DNA from: Candidatus Krumholzibacteriia bacterium
GTDB lineage: Bacteria > Krumholzibacteriota > Krumholzibacteriia > WVZY01
Direction of reading: 5' to 3'
DNA length: 15,836 bases
NCBI GenBank assembly: GCA_036478295.1
Contig: JAZGDW010000154.1
Coordinates: 1-15,836 of the forward strand
In this document: in pieces, positions 9,363 to 15,506 of the stretch
Layout: every line of letters begins with the position of its first letter
How positions within the stretch are numbered: the stretch's first letter is position 1
Notes under the pieces: generated by a model
Told to the model about the DNA's origin: nothing
Seen by the model: the letters and a program-made list of their open reading frames with translations, nothing else
Databases searched by the model: none
Program-made: the position numbers and the translations under genes

Positions 9363-9385
9363 TAGCCAATTAGCAGGAGACAAAC

Positions 9386-10540
9386 ATGCTCAGGACATTC
9401 ATCTATGCGGGGTTGATCCTCATCACCGCGGCGGGGTTCGCGGGCGCCTTTGGAATGGGCTCAACGGCCCTGGCGGCCGCCGGGTCCGACGCCGCGCTAC
9501 CCACGGTCGGCGGCGAGCCGGCGTTCGCCACCAGAGCGGATGCCATGGTGTCGACGGTCGAGGGTTTTCTGCAGGTAAAAGACTACGTCGCGGCGGAGAA
9601 AGCCGCGCTGGAACTCACCGAACGTAACCCGGAATTCCTCACGGGCTGGATGATGCTCGGTTACTGCCGGTCGCGTGTTTCGAAATTCGAGGAATCCAAC
9701 CAGGCCTACCACAAGGCGCTCGCCCTCGGCGCCGACAAGAGGAGCATTCAAACCCGAGAGGCATACAATCATATCCGGCTTGGCAAGTACGATGAGGCGA
9801 AGGCGCTGTACCGTGAGATGCTCGACGCGAACGAAACGGACTCGGTGGCGCTCAAGCAGCTCGGTTACCTCGATGGCAAACTCGAAAACTACGACGATGC
9901 CGCCTACTATTATAGAAAGCTGCTGGATAACGATCCCGAAAACTCTGAAGTGATCGCGTCGCTGGCGAAAATCGAGGCCAAGCGTGGCGGGGGAAACGAA
10001 GTGCGTATTCTCCTGGAGAAAACGCTGGAGCTGGATCCTGACAATACGGACGCTCTCGGCAAGCTCGGTCTGATGCTGATTCGTGAAAAGGAATTCACCG
10101 CGGCGGCGGACCGCCTGTTAAAACTGGTGACGATTGAGCCGGCCAACGCGAAAGCCCGTCGCAATCTCGGCGTGGCCTACTACCAGCTGGGCAAGAAATC
10201 GAAGGCGCGTTCGGAGTTCGAGCGCGTAAGCGAACTCGGTGGCAGTATGAAGGGCCTGTACGGACCGCTGGCCGATTGCTGCGTGCGCTCGGGACTCAAC
10301 ACGCGGGCGCTCGAAGTAATCAAGCAAGGTCTGCAGGCGAATGAGCAGAAGGCGTGGCTCTACTCGATGTGGGGAAAGATGCTGGAGAAGTCGAAGCGCT
10401 ACGATGCGGCGATCGCGAAGTTCTCAAAGGCGGTCGAACTGAAAGAGGCGCCGTGGAGTGGGTACGCGCGCAAGCAGATTGCACGGCAGGTGAAGCTGAA
10501 ACACCGTGCGGAGATGATTTCCCAGCAGGGGATGCAGTAA
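9386..10540 (+). CDS. Exported tetratricopeptide repeat (TPR) protein
   Basis: Hydrophobic signal peptide, repeated TPR-like units (GWMMLGY, ALKQLGY, ALGKLGL, ARRNLGVAYYQLG, LYSMWGK) and a strong RBS. Confidence 0.88.
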   Translation: MLRTFIYAGLILITAAGFAGAFGMGSTALAAAGSDAALPTVGGEPAFATRADAMVSTVEGFLQVKDYVAAEKAALELTERNPEFLTGWMMLGYCRSRVSKFEESNQAYHKALALGADKRSIQTREAYNHIRLGKYDEAKALYREMLDANETDSVALKQLGYLDGKLENYDDAAYYYRKLLDNDPENSEVIASLAKIEAKRGGGNEVRILLEKTLELDPDNTDALGKLGLMLIREKEFTAAADRLLKLVTIEPANAKARRNLGVAYYQLGKKSKARSEFERVSELGGSMKGLYGPLADCCVRSGLNTRALEVIKQGLQANEQKAWLYSMWGKMLEKSKRYDAAIAKFSKAVELKEAPWSGYARKQIARQVKLKHRAEMISQQGMQ

Positions 10541-10566
10541 CCGATAGAGCCTTGTGCCATGCGGCA

Positions 10567-10603
10567 GCGCCCTCTCGAGTGGATCGAGGGGGCGTTTTTC
10601 TTT
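10567..10603 (+). terminator. Rho-independent terminator after the TPR gene
   Basis: Stem CGCCCTCTCGA / TCGAGGGGGCG (one G-U pair), loop GTGGA, followed by TTTTTCTTT. Confidence 0.85.
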
Positions 10604-10659
10604 GGATGGAGGGGGGCGCGAGCAGTGTCAGGTGGGTGACGCCCCACGCTCCGCTGGGC

Positions 10660-10781
10660 GGGGGTGCCATGTTGGGTTGTTTCCCTCGCCGCGCTCCGCT
10701 TCGCTCGGCTACCCCGCTACGCTGGGTGATCCTCGCTCGCTCCCGCATGGGGCTCTGTCAACAACCCAACATGGCACCCCC
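10660..10781. repeat. 122-bp element bounded by perfect 22-bp inverted repeats (MITE/REP-like)
   Basis: GGGGGTGCCATGTTGGGTTGTT (10660-10681) is the exact reverse complement of AACAACCCAACATGGCACCCCC (10760-10781). The interior is non-coding and CGCT-rich. Confidence 0.75.
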
Positions 10782-11004
10782 TTGATTCATGCCCGCCGGG
10801 TCCGTCAACAACCCAACGGCGCGCGGCTCTCCTCCATGCAATAGGCTGCTGCATTGGTTCCCGCGACGGGTCCGTCAACAACCCAACGCTGCGCCTCCTA
10901 CGGGCGCTCCCGCACAAATGGTCTGTCAACAACCCAACGGCGCGCGCGCCCCTCCGTGCAAGAGATGGTTGCTGCTGGCGCGACGGGCCCGTCAGCAATC
11001 CACG
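10757..11004 (+). repeat. Direct-repeat array of GTCAACAACCCAAC
   Basis: Exact copies at 10757, 10804, 10874 and 10925, and a degenerate GTCAGCAATCCACG at 10991. Start-to-start spacing is 47, 70, 51 and 66. Confidence 0.9.
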
Positions 11005-11119
11005 GGCTACAGCCTCCGCAAGCTCTGTAAACGCGTGCCGTCACCGAGCCATCAGCACGCCGCTGCTCCATCTCGCAACACCTGAAGAATAAGACGGTCG
11101 TTCGAGGGCCCGCGAAAAC

Positions 11120-11133
11120 TTGATAAATCTCAA
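11120..11133. promoter_or_regulatory. FNR/CRP-family box candidate
   Basis: TTGAT-AAAT-CTCAA matches 9 of 10 positions of TTGAT-N4-ATCAA. Confidence 0.4.
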
Positions 11134-11158
11134 CTTCCGCGGCTGCAAGTTCCTGGTT

Positions 11159-11236
11159 AACTAACGCATCGGATACGGTATATTCATGCACTGTAATGGG
11201 GATGAATCGGGGGCTGCGGTACAATACTTGTTAGCC
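11159..11236 (+). other. attI-like (or atypical attC) site at the head of the array
   Basis: Ends in ...GGTACAATACTTGTTAGCC with the GTT core at 11230, just ahead of the first cassette RBS. AACTAAC at 11159-11165. The interior lacks good attC dyad symmetry, which is more in line with attI. Confidence 0.4.
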
Positions 11237-11272
11237 GGACGCGCATCGGCCTGGAGGCCAGGGAGGTTGATC

Positions 11273-11653
11273 ATGACGGAATCCGCTAGAGGCGTGGTGT
11301 TCTGGGCACCGCGAATCCTCACGATGCTCTTCGCCCTGTTCTTGAGCGTATTTGCTCTCGACGTGTTCGCAGAGACGGAGGGCCTTCTCAAGACTCTCAC
11401 TGCTCTCGTGCTACACTTGATACCAACGTTCCTTGTTGTCGTGCTCCTCGTGTTCGCTTGGCGGTGGGAATTGATCGGGGTGATTGCGTTCGCCGTGCTC
11501 GCCATCGCCTATGTGGTTGTCATGTGGGGGCGGCACTTTCCCTGGATAACCTATGCCATGATCTCAGGGCTCCTGCTGCTCATGTCAGTTCTGTTTCTTC
11601 TTTCGTGGCGTCAACGGCTTCGCCTGCGGCTGAGCGGCCAGCCGTTAGACTGA
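11273..11653 (+). CDS. Hypothetical membrane protein with about 4 TM helices (cassette ORF)
   Basis: GGAGGT RBS at 11262-11267 before ATG 11273, so the ORF-track start at 11186 is likely too long. WAPRIL...FALDVF...HLIP...AWRWE pattern with four hydrophobic segments. Confidence 0.8.
   Translation: MTESARGVVFWAPRILTMLFALFLSVFALDVFAETEGLLKTLTALVLHLIPTFLVVVLLVFAWRWELIGVIAFAVLAIAYVVVMWGRHFPWITYAMISGLLLLMSVLFLLSWRQRLRLRLSGQPLD
11610..11650 (+). other. Shortened attC-like site inside the 3' end of the membrane-protein ORF
   Basis: GTC-AACGGCT (11610-11619) pairs with AGCCGTTAGAC (11640-11650) with one base missing. The right arm GCGGCTGAGCGGCCAGCCGTTAGAC resembles attC 3' ends. GTTAGAC at 11644-11650. 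Confidence 0.55.
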
Positions 11654-11660
11654 CGTAGAG

Positions 11661-11903
11661 ATGAGATACCGGTTACCGATAGGCACTCAAATAGCGCCGT
11701 TTTCGACCGTCACTAGTAAGACTGGAACGCCAGTGCTGACGGCCATCTTGGCAGAGTTTCGAGAGCCGGATATTCTAAAGAGGATGCGAATGACAAATAA
11801 AGGAGTAGAAGCGGAGTATCTTTGTCTCCCGCTTGGCCCGAACCCATCAGAGTACGATAGTTACTCGGTCCGTTCGTCGGACACCGAACCGTTCGAGGAC
11901 TGA
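11661..11903 (+). CDS. Hypothetical 80-aa protein (orphan cassette ORF)
   Basis: Starts 10 bp after GTTAGAC and ends 15 bp before the next attC. Visibly more AT-rich than the left block. No recognisable motif and a weak RBS. Confidence 0.55.
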   Translation: MRYRLPIGTQIAPFSTVTSKTGTPVLTAILAEFREPDILKRMRMTNKGVEAEYLCLPLGPNPSEYDSYSVRSSDTEPFED

Positions 11904-11918
11904 TGACCAAACATTGCA

Positions 11919-12013
11919 GTCTAACTCGCCGCTGCTACTGACGGCCTGTGATAGACGGTGATGGATTGAATTGTTGTAAGTAACGGCCGCAGCAGAACGG
12001 TAGGGCGCTAGGC
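11919..12013 (+). other. attC recombination site (best preserved)
   Basis: GTCTAAC (11919-11925)...GCTAGGC (12007-12013, GTT changed to GCT). Left arm CCGCTGCTACTGACGGCC pairs with right arm GGCCGCAGCAGAACGG, leaving two unpaired bases around an AT-rich variable loop. Confidence 0.8.
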
Positions 12014-12086
12014 GACGCATGCCCGAACTTAACTTGCAGGGTGAACGTCGACGCTGTAGATGCCCTTGCAGGAAGGAGGACGCCAT

Positions 12087-12731
12087 ATGGGAAAGACCGT
12101 GAGAAGAATCGTACTGGCGACAGGGCTCGGTGGGTTCATTGCTTTGGTGGTCGTGCTGAGTGGTATCGTGCTATCGCGCCCTGAAACGGATAGCAAGCCG
12201 AGCGCAGGAGTGCCGACCTACGAGGACAAGCAGGGCGATCAGGAGCTTGCCTACCTGTTGGTCAAGCTGGAGTTGAAAACTCGGGCCGTGATCGGAGGAC
12301 ATTACACTCGAGCCCAATCCATAATTCCGGGGGTCGACCTTATCTATAAGCGCTGGATCGCGAAGAACACGATCCTCCCCGCTGCTGTGGCGGACCGGGT
12401 GTTTTCCGAAGTCGTCCCAGGGGCTACGGGAGGCCGTGCTTGGGTGAAGATGGTAGTGGAAGACCCTCGAAATCCGCACAACCGCGGTGACTCTATTGCA
12501 GTGGAACTGCTCGGTACCATCCAAGGTGGAAACGCCACTGCGGAACGATCAACCCCAGAAGCGTACTACTACGCTGAACCGATCAAGGCCACCAGCACCT
12601 GTCTGCCCTGTCACGGCGAGCCCGAAGGCGCACCGGATCCGTTATTCCCACAGTATGAGAAGGATGGCTGGCGTGACGGCGATATTGTCGGTGCGGTAGT
12701 CGCGCGTGTGGCACCGGAGCTGAATCGTTGA
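12087..12731 (+). CDS. Membrane-anchored DUF3365 / Tll0287-like c-type haem protein
   Basis: GGAGGA RBS before ATG 12087. N-terminal TM helix, PRNPHNRGD, YYYAEPI, haem motif CLPCH and GWRDGDIVGAV. Confidence 0.8.
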   Translation: MGKTVRRIVLATGLGGFIALVVVLSGIVLSRPETDSKPSAGVPTYEDKQGDQELAYLLVKLELKTRAVIGGHYTRAQSIIPGVDLIYKRWIAKNTILPAAVADRVFSEVVPGATGGRAWVKMVVEDPRNPHNRGDSIAVELLGTIQGGNATAERSTPEAYYYAEPIKATSTCLPCHGEPEGAPDPLFPQYEKDGWRDGDIVGAVVARVAPELNR

Positions 12732-12769
12732 GGTCGCCTAACCAGGCGGCGCGACACAAGAAAGACGCT

Positions 12770-12871
12770 GCCTAACTGGCCGTTGCGGCTGACCGCGCCC
12801 GGCGGCGGTGAAGAGAAGTGAACTTTGATAATAGGGCGCCGCAGCAGAACAGCAGAGCGGGGACATTAGCT
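12770..12871 (+). other. Degenerate attC site
   Basis: GCCTAAC-TGGCCGTTGCGGCTGACCGCGCCC...GGGCGCCGCAGCAGAAC-AGCAGAGCGGGGAC-ATTAGCT. It shares GCCGCAGCAGAAC with the 11919 site. The core is mutated (GTT to ATT). A second GCCTAAC lies at 12736-12742. Confidence 0.7.
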
Positions 12872-12896
12872 CGCTTGCGGTCCAGAGGTTGTCAAG

Positions 12897-13631
12897 ATGA
12901 ACGCAGGGTTCTCCAATGTCTACGACGACAAGGCGCGTGCGGACGCCTATGCCAAGCTCGAGTTCCCCGGGACATACTACCTGGCTTACCGGGATCTGCC
13001 GGCGATTATTGGCGAGCACGTCCAGGGCACGAAGGCCCTGGACTTCGGGTGCGGGACGGGACGTTCGACGCGGTCCTTGCTCGAACTGGGTTTCGATCCT
13101 GTGGTGGGAGTTGACATCGCGGAGCACATGGTCGCACAGGCTCGGGAACGTGACCCGCAGGGAGAGTATCGTCTGGTGCCTGACGGCGACCTCAGCGAGT
13201 TAGCGTCAGGCACCTATGATTTGGTGTTGTCCGCGTTTACCTTTGACAATATCCCGACTGTGGAGAAGAAAGTCGCCCTCTTCCAGTCCTTGAAGCGTCT
13301 GCTGAAGGACAGCGGGCGCATCGTAAGTCTGGTATCGTCCCCGGAGATCTACGTCAACGAATGGGCCTCCTTCTCCACGAAGGACTTTTCTGAGAACCGC
13401 ACTGCGGCGAGCGGGGACAAGGTACGGATTGTGATGCTCGACGTTGAAGACAAACGCCCCGTTGAGGACATTCTCTGGACGGATGAGGACTACCATCAGG
13501 TGTACGAGCATGCGGGGTTGGTGCCGATCAAGACTTACCGGCCCCTGGCGAATGAGACCGAACCGTACTCGTGGGTGAGTGAGACCGCGATAGCCCCATG
13601 GGCCATCTACGTTCTGGGGCAAGGAGAATAG
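12897..13631 (+). CDS. Class I SAM-dependent methyltransferase
   Basis: Motif I ALDFGCGTG, VVGVDI, YDLVLS and LLKDSGRIV. Confidence 0.9.
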   Translation: MNAGFSNVYDDKARADAYAKLEFPGTYYLAYRDLPAIIGEHVQGTKALDFGCGTGRSTRSLLELGFDPVVGVDIAEHMVAQARERDPQGEYRLVPDGDLSELASGTYDLVLSAFTFDNIPTVEKKVALFQSLKRLLKDSGRIVSLVSSPEIYVNEWASFSTKDFSENRTAASGDKVRIVMLDVEDKRPVEDILWTDEDYHQVYEHAGLVPIKTYRPLANETEPYSWVSETAIAPWAIYVLGQGE

Positions 13632-13661
13632 ACCTTTTCCTGGCCCCACGGGAGCAAGCCG

Positions 13662-14072
13662 ATGGACAAGCCTGCCAACTTGGACAAGGCGCACCTCCGG
13701 GTCGCCCGTCCGTCTGACGATCTCCCTGCGGTCGCCAGATTCTACCGGGATGGGCTCGGGTTCGAGGTTCTGGACGAGTTCAATGACCACGACGGGTTCA
13801 ACGGTGTTATGCTCGGTCACACGGGAGCTGCCTACCACCTGGAGTTCACCCGTAAGCGGGGCCACAAGGCCGGGCGGGCGCCGACCGAGGACAACCTGCT
13901 GGTGTTCTACCTGCCGGACGCGACGGAGTGGAATCGTGCGGTGGCTCGTCTAGAGGGGCTGGGGTACAAGCCGGTGAAGGCGTTCAACCCGTACTGGGAC
14001 AAGAAAGGCAAGACGTTCGAGGACCCGGACGGGTACCGGGTGGTCCTGCAGAACACCAGCTGGGCGGCCTGA
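13662..14072 (+). CDS. VOC/glyoxalase family protein, YycE-like
   Basis: LRVARPS, FYRDGLG, HDGFNGVMLG, HLEFT, EDNLLVFY and NPYW...TFEDPDGYRVVLQN. GGAG RBS upstream. Confidence 0.9.
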   Translation: MDKPANLDKAHLRVARPSDDLPAVARFYRDGLGFEVLDEFNDHDGFNGVMLGHTGAAYHLEFTRKRGHKAGRAPTEDNLLVFYLPDATEWNRAVARLEGLGYKPVKAFNPYWDKKGKTFEDPDGYRVVLQNTSWAA

Positions 14073-14116
14073 CAACGGCATGCAGCTAACGGCGGCGCGG
14101 CGCCGAAGGGCTGGGC
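14067..14116 (+). other. Degenerate, internally deleted attC site overlapping the VOC stop codon
   Basis: GCCTGAC (contains the TGA stop)-AACGGCATGCAGCTAACGGCG is a typical attC left arm. The right part is reduced to GCCGAAGG-GCTGGGC. Confidence 0.6.
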
Positions 14117-14133
14117 GCCTAGAAAGGTGAATC

Positions 14134-14772
14134 ATGAGACGGATTTGGATGGCTGTCGGAAGTGTTGTTTTCGGCCTGCTGCAGGTCGCAGCTGTTGCGA
14201 CACCCGAGGCTTGTACTGTTCCCCTCTCGTGTGAGTCCTCGGCGACTAGTACTGGGGGAGTTCTGCTGGTCTGCCCAGCGGGTGACGGCCCGACCCTGTC
14301 GGACATTGGCGCGACCATTAGCGTCACATTGCTGTGGTGCACTCAAGCCGAACCGCTGGTGGACCTGCCGCCACAAAATGTGTGGATACAGTCAAAGACG
14401 CTCCGTGATCCTCGGCTTTGCGGCGGAGCGGGATCATCGAACGCGGATGGTCTCACCGACATAAATGGCCAGACCACGATTTCAGGAAGCATCGCGGCCG
14501 GCGGCTATTTCGGTGATGGGGTGTACGTTGTCGCAAATGGATCGTTTATACAACTTGGCGACACGTGCGACAATCCGCTTCCCCTCATATTGGTGAGCCC
14601 AGATATCAATGAAGATCTTGTTGTGAGCCTTGCCGATCTGGCGATCTTTGCGACCGCATTTCCAAGCGGCGGCGGCGCCGTCGACCCCCGAATGGACTTC
14701 AACGGTGACGGTAAAATCGACGCCGCGGATTTAGCAATGTTTGCCGGGCACTTCCGCCATAGTTGTCCGTAG
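14134..14772 (+). CDS. Secreted Cys-containing protein with C-terminal dockerin/EF-hand-like duplicated Ca-binding loops
   Basis: Signal peptide, LLVCPAGDG segment, and two loops DINEDLVVSLADL and DFNGDGKIDAADL. AAAGGTGA RBS upstream. Confidence 0.8.
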   Translation: MRRIWMAVGSVVFGLLQVAAVATPEACTVPLSCESSATSTGGVLLVCPAGDGPTLSDIGATISVTLLWCTQAEPLVDLPPQNVWIQSKTLRDPRLCGGAGSSNADGLTDINGQTTISGSIAAGGYFGDGVYVVANGSFIQLGDTCDNPLPLILVSPDINEDLVVSLADLAIFATAFPSGGGAVDPRMDFNGDGKIDAADLAMFAGHFRHSCP

Positions 14773-14789
14773 AGGCTCAAATTCGGTGG

Positions 14790-14843
14790 AAGTAACTGCC
14801 GTTCGAGCACTAGTCTACCGCAGCTGGGCCGCAGGCGATCTTC
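14790..14843 (+). other. Possible highly decayed attC remnant
   Basis: GTAACTG-CCGTT resembles CTAACTGGCCGTT of the 12770 site, and CCGCAGCTGGGCCGCAGGCG resembles an attC right arm. There is no GTT core. Confidence 0.3.
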
Positions 14844-14872
14844 ACATGTACTGGCCGAGGGAGCAGAGAACG

Positions 14873-15025
14873 ATGGCGGACGAACGATCGAAACAAAAGG
14901 AAAGCAAGGGTGATTCGACTGTCATACGGAGGGGAATGCTCAGGGGAGTTGCGATTGGTGTGGCGCTCGGCGCCGGGATCGGAGTCGCGCTGGGATTGGC
15001 GGTCGCCCAGTTCAAGAAAAAGTAG
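14873..15025 (+). CDS. 50-aa single-TM glycine-zipper small protein
   Basis: MADERSKQ...GVAIGVALGAGIGVALG...FKKK with repeated GxxxG motifs. Purine-rich upstream region (GAGGGAG...GAGAA). Confidence 0.55.
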   Translation: MADERSKQKESKGDSTVIRRGMLRGVAIGVALGAGIGVALGLAVAQFKKK

Positions 15026-15080
15026 CGCTCCAGGTCGCCTGGCGCCAGGACGTCAGCTGGCGAGACCTGAGAGGTAGACA

Positions 15081-15479
15081 ATGAAGAAGCTAACCAGGTG
15101 GATACCGTCTGTCGCAGTGCTGCTATTGTTTCCGTTACTCGTTGGGAGTTGCGGGCGATCCCCGGTATCGCGCCAATCCGGGGACGACTGGTTCGAGCCC
15201 TTCGATATTCCTCCGGTGCTGACGGTCTATGAAAAACCACAGTATCCAGAACGGGCCAGGGAGCAGGGGCTCGAAGGCTGGGTGAGGGTGAAAGTCCTGG
15301 TTGGATCGGATGGACGAGTCGAGCGTGCGAGGGTGCTTCGGAGCAGTGACCCTCTTTTCGAGCCGGCGGCGCTCGCGGCTGCCAGGGAGTTTCACTTCAC
15401 GCCGGCGGAGCGAGATCGTCAACGAGTGCGCGCGGCGGTTCTCGTACCGGTCTGGTTCAGGCTCGATCGAATCGACTGA
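15081..15479 (+). CDS. Short lipoprotein with TonB C-terminal domain
   Basis: Lipobox LVGSC. PQYPERAREQGLEGWVRVKVLVGSDGRV...AALAAAREFHFTPA...VPVWF is a TonB_C domain. GAGGT RBS upstream. Confidence 0.85.
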   Translation: MKKLTRWIPSVAVLLLFPLLVGSCGRSPVSRQSGDDWFEPFDIPPVLTVYEKPQYPERAREQGLEGWVRVKVLVGSDGRVERARVLRSSDPLFEPAALAAAREFHFTPAERDRQRVRAAVLVPVWFRLDRID

Positions 15480-15506
15480 GACGGCGTCCTTGCTACACGT
15501 AATCTC

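Noticed and set aside
10757..10940. HEARO/omegaRNA or IS200/IS605 end, because GTCAACAACCC resembles the GTCAAC.ACCC start I recall for such elements
   Set aside because: No following long hairpin and no IscB, TnpB or TnpA ORF. The resemblance is too short to support a call.
10757..11004. CRISPR array
   Set aside because: The invariant core is only 14 bp, spacing is irregular (47-70), spacers are related to each other, and there are no cas genes in the window.
10320..11085. Several ORFs across the repeat region (with RQQPN repeats)
   Set aside because: These are translations of the DNA repeat. They overlap the TPR gene or terminator and lack RBSs.
10898..11224. Divergent 108-aa ORF as an integron integrase remnant
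   Set aside because: No tyrosine-recombinase or IntI motifs are visible, and it runs into the repeat array, so it is probably spurious.
13632..13661. attC between the methyltransferase and VOC genes
   Set aside because: The 30-bp spacer has no AAC/GTT cores or dyad symmetry. It is either a two-gene cassette or a site that has been fully deleted.
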